In this document: positions 53,475 to 61,697 of the stretch, piece after piece
Numbering within the stretch: the first letter of the stretch is position 1
Layout: each line of letters opens with the position of its first letter
Source of the DNA: an uncultured delta proteobacterium
GTDB lineage: Bacteria > Myxococcota_A > Polyangia > Haliangiales > Haliangiaceae
NCBI GenBank assembly: GCA_963848295.1
Contig: CAWKDB010000002.1
Location: 640,001-704,000, forward strand
Reading direction: 5' to 3'
Length of the DNA: 64,000 bases
Position numbers and translations under genes: made by a program
The notes under the pieces: model-generated
What the model was told of the DNA's origin: nothing
Seen by the model: the letters and a program-made list of their open reading frames with translations, nothing else
The model's database searches: none

Positions 53475-54415
53475 CCCGCAACACCGGGTTCTGGATCTTC
53501 GTCGCGATCATCGGCACCGCGCTGGTCGTATTCGGCGCGCCGAGCTGGCTCGCGCTCGGCGCGGGGCTGGTGGTCGCCGTGGCGTCGGGCAAGGCACCTC
53601 CGGCCGCGGTCAGAAAGCTCACCGGCCGCACCTTGCAACTCGGCGTCGTCGCGCTCGGCGCGGGCATGAACCTCGAGGTGGTCTGGCGGATCGGCTCGAG
53701 CGGCGCGCTCATCACGGCGATCAGCCTCAGCGCCGCGCTGGCACTGGGCTTCGCACTCGGCCGCTGGCTCCGGGTCGGCGGCGATACGCCGTTGCTCGTC
53801 TCGGTCGGCACCGCGGTCTGCGGTGGCAGCGCCATCGCCGCGGTGTCGAGCGTGATCAAGCCCAAGGAGCACGAGATCTCGGTCGCGCTCGCCGTCGTGT
53901 TCATCCTGAACGCCGTCGGGCTCGTGCTGTTCCCGGTGCTGGGGCACGCCTTCGGACTCTCGCAGCCCGTGTTCGGCCGCTGGGCAGCGCTCGCGATCCA
54001 CGACACGAGCTCGGTCGTCGGCGCCGGGATGGCGTACGGCCCGGTCGCGCTCGGCATCGCCACGACGACCAAGCTCGCGCGCGCTCTCTGGATCGTCCCG
54101 CTCACGCTCGCGATCGCGATCGGCCGCCAGCGCGGCTCCGGCGCGAGCCTCCGCGACGTGAGGTGGCCGTGGTTCATCCTCGCATTCGTCGTGGTCGCCG
54201 CGCTGTTCACGTGGATCCCGGCACTCGCCGCGGTCTCGCATCCGATCGTGGTGATCGGGCAGCGCGCGCTCGTGCTCGCGTTGTTCCTGATCGGGCTCTC
54301 GCTGTCGCGCAGCGCGATGTCGAGCGTTGGTGCTCGGCCACTGCTCCTCGGCGTGATCTTGTGGATCGCGGTGGCGGCGGTGTCGCTGCCGCTCGCGATG
54401 ATGGCGCCGGGATAG
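53471..54415 (+). CDS. YeiH / putative sulfate exporter family
   Basis: GTAVCGGSAIAAV, AIHDTSSVVGA, KLARALWI and PWFI; ATGA-coupled to the dioxygenase. Confidence 0.9.
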   Translation: MTRNTGFWIFVAIIGTALVVFGAPSWLALGAGLVVAVASGKAPPAAVRKLTGRTLQLGVVALGAGMNLEVVWRIGSSGALITAISLSAALALGFALGRWLRVGGDTPLLVSVGTAVCGGSAIAAVSSVIKPKEHEISVALAVVFILNAVGLVLFPVLGHAFGLSQPVFGRWAALAIHDTSSVVGAGMAYGPVALGIATTTKLARALWIVPLTLAIAIGRQRGSGASLRDVRWPWFILAFVVVAALFTWIPALAAVSHPIVVIGQRALVLALFLIGLSLSRSAMSSVGARPLLLGVILWIAVAAVSLPLAMMAPG

Positions 54416-54425
54416 CGGTGCGAGG

Positions 54426-55043
54426 TCAGGCGGGACGCGCGGTGCCCGCGAACGTGTAGCTCAACCAGCGCGCACCGTCGGTGTAGTCGGCATGCAGGTC
54501 GTCGGAGCGATAGCCCGCGTCGCGCAGGATCCCGGCAATGTCACGATCGAGGTGACAGCCACCACCGACGCGCCGCCACACCGGCGTGAGCCAGCGTTGC
54601 CAGCGCCGAGTCGCGGCATCGCGCGCGAGCCCGTGCTCGACAAGCACGAGCTCGCCGCCGGGGCGCAGCACGCGGCGAAGCTCGGCGAGAGCGCGCGCCG
54701 GGTCATCGAGGCTACACAGCGAGTACGTGATCACCGCCGAGTCGAACGCCCGATCTGGGAACGGGAGGTTCTCGGCGTAGCCGCGGATCAGCTCGACCTG
54801 CACCGGCGCCGCCGAAGCGCGACTCGCGGCACGGGCGAGGAGTGGCGCCGATGGATCGAGGCCCGTCACCTTCGCGACCGTCGCGGCGTCGTAGAACGCG
54901 AGGTTGAGGCCGGACCCGACCCCGAGCTCGAGCACGTCGCCGTGTGCGCGCGGTACCCAACGCTTGCGCTCGTCGAGGATCGCCGCGCTACGGCACGCCT
55001 TCTCGACGAGGTGGGGCAAGACGTGGTCGGCCCAGAGGCTCAT
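54426..55043 (-). CDS. Class I SAM methyltransferase (METTL7-like)
   Basis: VLELGVGSGLNL, LCS, RRVLRPGG...EHG and GGCHLDR. Confidence 0.88.
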   Translation of the reverse strand: MSLWADHVLPHLVEKACRSAAILDERKRWVPRAHGDVLELGVGSGLNLAFYDAATVAKVTGLDPSAPLLARAASRASAAPVQVELIRGYAENLPFPDRAFDSAVITYSLCSLDDPARALAELRRVLRPGGELVLVEHGLARDAATRRWQRWLTPVWRRVGGGCHLDRDIAGILRDAGYRSDDLHADYTDGARWLSYTFAGTARPA

Positions 55044-55064
55044 GGCCCGGCTGCCTCCGCATGC

Positions 55065-55451
55065 TCAATCACGCGACATCTCGCTGTCACGGTGGGCGAC
55101 CGTCTCGGCGACCTCGCGGCGAATCGCGTCCATGTCGAGCGCTTCGACCTGCGTGACCAGCGAATCGATCGTGGAACCAGGGAGCGCACCAGGCCTCGAG
55201 AATACGAGGACTCCATCGCGAAACACCATCAACGTCGGGATCGCTTGGACCCCGAGCTCACCCGCGAGCTGTTGCTCGGTCTCGGTGTCCACCTTCGCGA
55301 ACACGATGGAGGGATTCCGCGCCGCCGCGGCTTCGAACGTGGGTGCGAACGCCCGGCACGGGCCGCACCAGCTCGCCCACAGATCGACCACGACAATGCC
55401 CTGCTCGATCGTGGCCTCGAACGTCTCGGCTGTCAGATTCTTGATCGCCAT
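55065..55451 (-). CDS. trxA: Thioredoxin
   Basis: WASWCGPC, KVDTE and IPTL; AGGAGG RBS. Confidence 0.92.
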   Translation of the reverse strand: MAIKNLTAETFEATIEQGIVVVDLWASWCGPCRAFAPTFEAAAARNPSIVFAKVDTETEQQLAGELGVQAIPTLMVFRDGVLVFSRPGALPGSTIDSLVTQVEALDMDAIRREVAETVAHRDSEMSRD

Positions 55452-55470
55452 GTGCGACCTCCTGTCCTTC

Positions 55471-55498
55471 AGAGCCGTCGCTGACCGGAAGGATTCGC
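55471..55498 (-). promoter_or_regulatory. ECF promoter motif A before thioredoxin
   Basis: GCGAATCC-N14-GGCTCT. Confidence 0.8.
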
Positions 55499-55499
55499 G

Positions 55500-55735
55500 A
55501 GTGTGGCGACGCCCGGATGAGACAGCGCCGCGGCGGCGCGCGCCTCCTGCAGGAACCGGTCGACGGCGAGCTGGACGGCCGGCCCGCGCAGACTGGCGAC
55601 GTGCTCGGGCTTGATGGCGACCTCGCGTCGGAGGTCGAGATCCTCGGCGCGATACACCGCGCCCATCCCGCCCTCGCCGACCTTGGTCACGATGCGATAC
55701 GGAAAGCTCGCCGTCGGCTCGCTGGGTGGGAACAT
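55500..55735 (-). pseudogene. Truncated Ser/Thr kinase (subdomains I-IV only)
   Basis: VGEGGMGAVYRAED..LRREVAIK...RFLQEARAAAALSHPG; breaks at the trx promoter. Confidence 0.8.
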
Positions 55736-55744
55736 CGGTAGGCC

Positions 55745-55876
55745 TCAGATCACGTGCAGGCCCCAATGCATCGCGGCGAACCCGACGAACATGACCCCCA
55801 TCAGGATCATGAGCTTGTCGTGGATACACGGACCCTGTTTCGCCTTGCAGCCGTCGATCGGGCACATCTTCGCCAT
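55745..55876 (-). CDS. 43-aa Cys/His peptide with C-terminal TM helix
   Basis: MAKMCPIDGCKAKQGPCIHDKLMILMGVMFVGFAAMHWGLHVI; GAGGAG RBS and its own motif-B promoter. Confidence 0.75.
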   Translation of the reverse strand: MAKMCPIDGCKAKQGPCIHDKLMILMGVMFVGFAAMHWGLHVI

Positions 55877-55926
55877 CGGATTCTCCTCGGGGTTCGGTCG
55901 GTTCGTGGACTGAGTCTCCCCTTCCA

Positions 55927-55951
55927 GTCTTCCGAGACGGCACAGCGTTAC
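55927..55951 (-). promoter_or_regulatory. ECF promoter motif B
   Basis: GTAAC-N16-AGAC overlapping the TAA of DUF2063. Confidence 0.75.
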
Positions 55952-56682
55952 AGGCCATCGGAGGCGACGAGGATCTCCGCACGCAGCCACCGCAGCAGGA
56001 GCTCGATGGCGCGGACAGGAGCATCGTCGCCGTGGCTCGTCGCGAGCCGCTCGCAGACCTCGGCGAACCGGATCCCGGTCACGAGGTGAGGTGCGAGCTC
56101 GGCCTCGTCGCGTTCGAGCGTGCGATGAAACACCGCGACGCCGCGACGCCAGACCAGCACGGTCCGCGCGGCTCGCGCCGGCACCAGGCCGGTCGCGCCG
56201 TCTTCGATCGCGCTCCACGTATCGTCGACGGTCCACGCGAGCGAGACGAGGACACTCGCGGGGACCAGGCGCAGCTCGAGGTCGGGCAACGCGAGATCGA
56301 GCGCCGCGACCTCGTCCTGGGCCAACGGCCGTGCCTCCGGCCCGTCGAAGACCTCGATGCGCGCGCGCTCCAGCTCGGCGAGCTCGGCCAGCCACGGCGT
56401 CGCCGTGCGCGCCAGGAACGCGGGCAGGTCGAGCCCCGCGTCGCGCAGCGTGTACGAGCGCGGTGGGTGGAGCTCGAGGTACCGCGCGACCAAGTCCGCG
56501 AACGCGTCGTCGCCGAGCATGGCGCGGACCTTGGGGTAGTCGGCCGCGAGCGTGTCGTGCAACCGGCTCGCGTACATCCGGGCATAGATCCAGAGGTCGC
56601 CGGACGCGATGATCGCGTCGGTGTCGCCACCCGTGATCACGCGCGCGTAGAACGTCCGCTGGAGCGCCGCGAGGTCACCCAT
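55948..56682 (-). CDS. DUF2063 (BufC/HvfC-like) MNIO partner protein
   Basis: LQRTF, IYARMY..RL...LAADYP, YLELHPP, ELAELE and VWRR; overlaps the DUF692 end. Confidence 0.88.
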   Translation of the reverse strand: MGDLAALQRTFYARVITGGDTDAIIASGDLWIYARMYASRLHDTLAADYPKVRAMLGDDAFADLVARYLELHPPRSYTLRDAGLDLPAFLARTATPWLAELAELERARIEVFDGPEARPLAQDEVAALDLALPDLELRLVPASVLVSLAWTVDDTWSAIEDGATGLVPARAARTVLVWRRGVAVFHRTLERDEAELAPHLVTGIRFAEVCERLATSHGDDAPVRAIELLLRWLRAEILVASDGL

Positions 56683-57529
56683 ATGCGGGCACCTTCGCCG
56701 CGAACCGAGGCAGGCCGAGCGCGATGCTCCGCGCGTGATCGAGCTCGCCGACCAGCTCGCCGAGCGGTGGGATGTGGTCGTCGCGTTCGATCATCGTCGA
56801 GACCGCGCCGAACCGCGCGACCGCCGCGGCGTACAGGTCCCACACGGCCGCGCAGACCGGCTCGTCATGGGTATCGAGCAAGTGACTGCCGTGATCGCTG
56901 TGCCCGGCGAGGTGTATCTGGCCGACGCGCTCGACCGGGATCGCCGAGAGATAGGCGTGTGCGTCCCAGCCGTGGTTCTGCGAGCTGACATAGACGTTGT
57001 TGACGTCGAGCAAGATCCCGCAGTCCGCGCGGCGCGCGACCTCGGCGAGAAACTCGGCTTCGCCGAGCTCGCTCGCCGCGAACGTGACGTAGCTCGACGG
57101 ATTCTCGAGGAGGATCCGCCGACCGAGGCGATCCTGCACGCGGCCAACGCGGTCGACCACGTGCGCGAGCGCCTCAGCTGTATACGGCAGCGGCCACAGG
57201 TCGTGCGCCGCGTGCCCGCCGACGCCGGACCAGCACAGATGATCCGATACGATCGCCGCCTCGACCTCGGCGACGAGCGCCGCGAGCCGAGCGAGGTACG
57301 CCTCGTCGAGCGGATGGACCGATCCGATCGACAGCGACACGCCGTGGAGCACGATCGGCGCGCGCTCGCGCATCGCGCGCAACACGCGCCGCGGGTTGCC
57401 GCCCGCGACCATGAAGTTCTCGCTGATCACCTCCCACCAGTCGACACCGGCCGCGCCTGCCGAGCCCGCGAGTGCGTCCTGATAGTGCCGCGGCCGGAGC
57501 CCGAGGCCGAAGCCGAGACGCGGCCACAT
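56675..57529 (-). CDS. DUF692 multinuclear non-heme iron oxidative enzyme (MNIO, BufB-like)
   Basis: GLGLRPRH, EVISENF, HGVSLSIG, SDHLCW, LENPSSY, LLDVNN, QIHLAGH, DTH and IERD. Confidence 0.95.
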   Translation of the reverse strand: MWPRLGFGLGLRPRHYQDALAGSAGAAGVDWWEVISENFMVAGGNPRRVLRAMRERAPIVLHGVSLSIGSVHPLDEAYLARLAALVAEVEAAIVSDHLCWSGVGGHAAHDLWPLPYTAEALAHVVDRVGRVQDRLGRRILLENPSSYVTFAASELGEAEFLAEVARRADCGILLDVNNVYVSSQNHGWDAHAYLSAIPVERVGQIHLAGHSDHGSHLLDTHDEPVCAAVWDLYAAAVARFGAVSTMIERDDHIPPLGELVGELDHARSIALGLPRFAAKVPAYG

Positions 57530-57531
57530 GG

Positions 57532-57837
57532 CTACATCTTCTGCGCGACGACGGTCCCGCCCTTGGTCTTGCACTCGTCCTCGGTCGCGGTCTTGACGAA
57601 GCTCTTGCCCTTGCAGCCGTTCTGGCCGGCGCACGCGTTCTGGGCGCTCTTGCAACTACCGTGACCCTTGCAGTCGTTGATGCCGTCGCAGTGGACCATC
57701 GCGGCGGTCTTCTCCGCGGGCTGCATCGCGGCCGGGGCCGGCTTGCTGCTCGTGTCTTCCTTCTTGCTGCATGCCGACGCGAACAAGCTGGCGGCGGCAA
57801 TCGCGATCATCGTTCCGGTGCGGACAGGGTTCTTCAT
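57532..57837 (-). CDS. Bufferin (BufA2)-like RiPP precursor with lipoprotein signal
   Basis: Hydrophobic leader ending FASAC, then CDGINDCKGHGSCK...NACAGQNGCKGK...ECKTKGG; AAGGAG RBS; directly upstream of DUF692. Confidence 0.88.
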   Translation of the reverse strand: MKNPVRTGTMIAIAAASLFASACSKKEDTSSKPAPAAMQPAEKTAAMVHCDGINDCKGHGSCKSAQNACAGQNGCKGKSFVKTATEDECKTKGGTVVAQKM

Positions 57838-57886
57838 CGCATTCTCCTTGGCAGTCGAGGTTTGTTCGACCGCTTCTGCGATGTCT

Positions 57887-57911
57887 GTCTCGCGACGTCG
57901 CCCGACGTTAC
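57887..57911 (-). promoter_or_regulatory. ECF promoter motif B before the precursor
   Basis: GTAAC-N16-AGAC overlapping the anti-sigma TAA. Confidence 0.78.
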
Positions 57912-58177
57912 GTCGGCTCTGGCTTTTTCTTCGCACCGGCGAGCCGCACCTCGTTCCACGCCGCGAATCGCTTGCGCATCTCGTCGCGCACATCGGCGGG
58001 AATCGGCTCGTCGGGCAACCGGCCGAGGCTGCCGATCGTGGCCCTCATCTGCCGCAGGTACGCGCGGCAGTGCTTGCACATGCCGACGTGCATCTGGAAC
58101 CGCATGCGGTCCCGCAGGCTCAGCCGACCCTCGAGATAGTCGGTGATGATCTCGGTGATCTCTTGGCAGCTCAGCAT
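57908..58177 (-). CDS. Soluble zf-HC2 anti-sigma factor
   Basis: LSCQE....TDYLEG.L...HVGMCKHC..Y..Q. Confidence 0.9.
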   Translation of the reverse strand: MLSCQEITEIITDYLEGRLSLRDRMRFQMHVGMCKHCRAYLRQMRATIGSLGRLPDEPIPADVRDEMRKRFAAWNEVRLAGAKKKPEPT

Positions 58178-58803
58178 TCGGTCTTCGCGAAGTGCGCCTC
58201 CAGCCGGGCCCGGAGCCGGGTCCGCGCACGGTGCAGGAGCACCCGCTGGTTGGTCTCGTTGATCTCGAGCGCGTTACAGACTTCTTCTGCGGTCCAGCCG
58301 AGCGTATCGCGAAGGACGATGATCACGCGCTGTCTTTCGGGCAGCTCGCGAAGCTCGACCTCGAGCAGCGTCATCGCCTGCTGGTTGCCGACGAGCTTCT
58401 CCGGAGACTCATCCTCCCACCGGATCGGCGGAGCGCTCCACTTGCCGTTGGCGTTGAACCGCGCCGCATCGACGACGGCGAGCTCGTCGGCGTTCTCGTC
58501 GCCGTCGCCGATCGCCGAGAACGGTGTCATCCGTGCCTCGCGCACGCCCTTGGTCTTGGCGCGGTTCACCAGGATCCCCGAGATCCAGGTTCCGAGTGCG
58601 GAGCGCTCCTCGAACGAGGCGAGGCCGTCGAGCACCGCGACCCAGGTGTCTTGCACGACCTCCTCGGCAGACGCGTCCGTCGACACGAACATGCGCGCGA
58701 GTCGCCTGAGCCGACCATGGTACTTCGCCACGAGCGCGTCGAAGGCATCCGCATCGCCCGCGCGAAGTCGCGCGAGGAGCTGCCTATCCTCAGAGTTCGC
58801 CAT
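58171..58803 (-). CDS. ECF RNA polymerase sigma factor
   Basis: AEEVVQDTW, FEERS...TW, LPERQR, EEVCNALEI and NQRVLLHRAR. Confidence 0.93.
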   Translation of the reverse strand: MANSEDRQLLARLRAGDADAFDALVAKYHGRLRRLARMFVSTDASAEEVVQDTWVAVLDGLASFEERSALGTWISGILVNRAKTKGVREARMTPFSAIGDGDENADELAVVDAARFNANGKWSAPPIRWEDESPEKLVGNQQAMTLLEVELRELPERQRVIIVLRDTLGWTAEEVCNALEINETNQRVLLHRARTRLRARLEAHFAKTEC

Positions 58804-58916
58804 AGCTATCGAGGGCTTCACCCTAGGCGGGTGCACCTGCGCCGTCCAGTCGGGATCCCCTCGGAAGATCGCGCGTAACGAAACCTCGGCCCGCGAGACC
58901 AATCGGATCGAGGCGT

Positions 58917-59384
58917 TCATGCGTGGTCACCAACCACGAGGTGCCGGCGACGCGCCAGCCAGTGATCGACGGACGCAGCACCCGCCCCCGCCAACGCGAG
59001 CCACGTGAACGCGGCCAGATACGCGATCTCGACGGTCCCCGCGAGCTCCGCGATGCCGTGAACCTCGGGGAGCTTCGCGGTCAAGATCGCGACCGCCATC
59101 ACCCCGATCAGGAAGAGCGCGGCGATCCGCGTCCCCAACCCGACGAGCACCGCGAGCCCGCCGAGCAGCTCGACGGTCGAGACGAACACGGCCTGCGCGT
59201 GCGGAGCCGGGATGCCGAGCGAGCCGAAGTATTGCGTGACGTCGTCAAGGCTATGAAGCTTGCCCCAGCCCGAGGCCACGAACACGATCCCGAGGGCCAC
59301 CCGAACGAACAGCGGGCCGAGCCATTCCACCTTGTGCGTGACCGAGAGAGAGCGATCGTACGCGACCTTGAGAGCTCCGAGCAT
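58917..59384 (-). CDS. DoxX family membrane protein (BufD-like)
   Basis: RVALG.VF..SGWGK, F.SLGIP.P, ELLGG...GLGTR and GAG..SVD. Confidence 0.9.
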   Translation of the reverse strand: MLGALKVAYDRSLSVTHKVEWLGPLFVRVALGIVFVASGWGKLHSLDDVTQYFGSLGIPAPHAQAVFVSTVELLGGLAVLVGLGTRIAALFLIGVMAVAILTAKLPEVHGIAELAGTVEIAYLAAFTWLALAGAGAASVDHWLARRRHLVVGDHA

Positions 59385-59392
59385 GACGCCTT

Positions 59393-59417
59393 GTCTGCCG
59401 ACCGGGCGATCTGTTAC
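59393..59417 (-). promoter_or_regulatory. ECF promoter motif B before doxX (leaderless spacing)
   Basis: GTAAC-N16-AGAC, 8 nt before the ATG. Confidence 0.78.
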
Positions 59418-59697
59418 GCGCCATCCGAACCACGCCGCTGAAGCGACGCACCGACCCAGTGGGCCGTCCTTCATCTAGCTAGGGGAGCACCGACGAGCTC
59501 GGGCGCCGACGGTGGCGCGCCGGTCGTCCGAACCGCTAGCCACACGCCGATCAGGGCGGCGATGACCGCGATCCCGCGGCGAGCTTCGATCGCGATCACG
59601 GCAGTGCGACACCAGCGCTCGCCGCCGGTTCCCTCGTGGCAAGCGCCCGCCGGCTTGGCACACTAGGGTGGTCATGAGCGTCGCTTCGGCCGCGTAC

Positions 59698-59780
59698 GTC
59701 GCCGAGCGTCCGTTCCTCTGGCTTCAGTCCGCCGGCGAGGTGCAGAAGCTCCTGAGCGCGTGCAACGACAATATCCTAAC
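59698..59780 (+). pseudogene. Internal fragment of the same integrase family
   Basis: PFLWLQSAGEVQKLLSACNDNI versus PFLWLQSAGEVQKLLGECNDNI at 11066-11131. Confidence 0.85.
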
Positions 59781-60383
59781 GTGCTCCTGTACGCTCGGGA
59801 CGCATGTCACGGCGTGTTGGTGGGCCAGCGATCAGTCCTCGCTACCATCGCCGGCGCGAAGCGCTTCGACGACGGCTTCGTGGTCCGCGGCGATCGTCGT
59901 CATCGTTCCGGGCGCGAGATGCTCGAGTCGCTCGTACAGCGGACGACTCGCGATGGCGACGACGCCGGGCAGCGCCGAGATGAGCGCGCGCGCCGACATC
60001 CGCACGTGGGTTCCGTCATAAAGGTCGGCCGGAGGGAGCGGCTTCTTGGTCTCGAGCGGCACGCGGACCGGCCGGCCGGCTTCGGCACCCGAACCTTTGA
60101 GGTTTGCCGTCCGGTGGCCTTCGAGTGGATCCGGATCGGCGCGCCGGAGGATCATGAAGTCATTCATCGTAGCGATCGTAGCGGATGAGCCGAGCGAAAT
60201 GCTCGAGGACGCCGGAAAGTGAAGGGCTAGTGGCCATCCCCGCGCGCGAGCATGGAAGCCTTGCGTGGCCTCCCGGCCGCCCGCATGCGCCCCGATTCTG
60301 CCTCGGAGTTCGCTCAGGCCCGCCTGGATCATGTGATCGCGCAGACGCTCGTGCACCCACCGCCGGCCGACTCCTGCTTCATG

Positions 60384-61697
60384 TCAGATGCTCGCGATCT
60401 CGAGCCAGCCGCCGCGAAATCCAGCGCGGCGCAGTCCTTCGCGGATGGCTGGAACCGTCCGGACCAGCTTCCACATCAGCTCGTTCGCGTGGTTCTCGAT
60501 CATCAAGACGATCGGGCCTTCGTTTAGCCCGAGGCGCCACTGCGAGACCCAGCCGTGCGGATGGCCACCTTCGTCGGGGAAGATCGGGTTGAAGCTCGCG
60601 TCGAAGCCAGCGCCATTGCGGTCCTTGAGCGCGAGGCGTTCGATCGCGTGATGGAGTGTCGCGCACACGATCTGCGGCGCGAACGGCAGCGACGCGACGA
60701 CGGCCCATGGCGCGATCGTGCCATCGTCGGGGCCTTCGGGAGCTCCGCGTGCGACATAGCCGTAGAACTCGCGCATCACACCGTCGACCAAGCGCTTCGT
60801 CGGGCCCGGGCCGTTGCTCGCGGTCAGGCCCCAGAGATTGCGCGAATAGTGGGTGTAGCGATGTGGATTTGCGATCGCGTACCGCTGTTGCACGATGGTC
60901 GCGCGCCGGCTGTTCTCGAAGTAATCGCAATCGAGCTCGCGGTTGCGGTCGTCGCGAATGCCGCGGAAGTCGATCCACAAGTGTGAGAGCTGGTGGATGA
61001 ACAGCGGCCCTGCGTAGAAGTAGCGCTGGTCGTATGCCGTCTTGATCTCGAACGTCGCCGTCCATTGCCGGTACCCGGCCGGATCGATCGGAAACGTCGG
61101 CGAGCCGAGCGCGAGCGCGTAGAGCACGAGCGCCTCGCAGTAGCCGCGGTCCCAACGCGCCGGCAAGAACCCGGCCTCGGGTGACCAGCCGTGACTTAGC
61201 GTGTCCGCGCCGTTGCACGCCCACACCCAATCGATGCGGCGATATAGCAGGTCGACGAGCCGCCTCAGCTCGTGCTCTCGCGCGTCGTCGCCGCTGAAGT
61301 ACGCCGCGACGGTCAGCATGCCGGCGACGAGCACCGCGGTGTCGATCGTCGACAGCTCGCTCTCGGCCGCGCGCCTTCCGGTCTTCATGTCGAGGAAGTG
61401 GTAGTAGAAGCCGTGATAGCCGGTCGAATCGGCCGAGGTGCCTTGGGCACTCGCGTGAAACACGCGCAGGGTCGCGAGTGCGCGCTCGATCGCGACGGAC
61501 CTCGACATCCAGTGGTGCTCTACCGCGACGCACAGGATCGAGAGCCCGAGCCCCGTCGTCGCGATACTCGCGAAGCTGCCGGGCTGATTCTTGTCGGCGA
61601 CGAGGCCGGTGTGAGGGTCGGCATTCCGCACGAAGTAGTCGTAGGTGTCGAGCTGGAGTGTGTCGAGCATCTCTCGATCGTGCGTGTCGTCGGTCAT
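60384..61697 (-). CDS. Glucoamylase-family (GH144-like) glycoside hydrolase
   Basis: ASIA.TG, GFYYHFLD, ELSTIDTA, HGW.PE, GPLFIHQ.SH.WIDFRG, WGLTAS and DDGTIAP. Confidence 0.85.
   Translation of the reverse strand: MTDDTHDREMLDTLQLDTYDYFVRNADPHTGLVADKNQPGSFASIATTGLGLSILCVAVEHHWMSRSVAIERALATLRVFHASAQGTSADSTGYHGFYYHFLDMKTGRRAAESELSTIDTAVLVAGMLTVAAYFSGDDAREHELRRLVDLLYRRIDWVWACNGADTLSHGWSPEAGFLPARWDRGYCEALVLYALALGSPTFPIDPAGYRQWTATFEIKTAYDQRYFYAGPLFIHQLSHLWIDFRGIRDDRNRELDCDYFENSRRATIVQQRYAIANPHRYTHYSRNLWGLTASNGPGPTKRLVDGVMREFYGYVARGAPEGPDDGTIAPWAVVASLPFAPQIVCATLHHAIERLALKDRNGAGFDASFNPIFPDEGGHPHGWVSQWRLGLNEGPIVLMIENHANELMWKLVRTVPAIREGLRRAGFRGGWLEIASI

Noticed and set aside
59832..60356. Minus-strand ORF between the integrase scrap and the glycoside hydrolase
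   Set aside because: No recognisable family motif. Probably decayed sequence.
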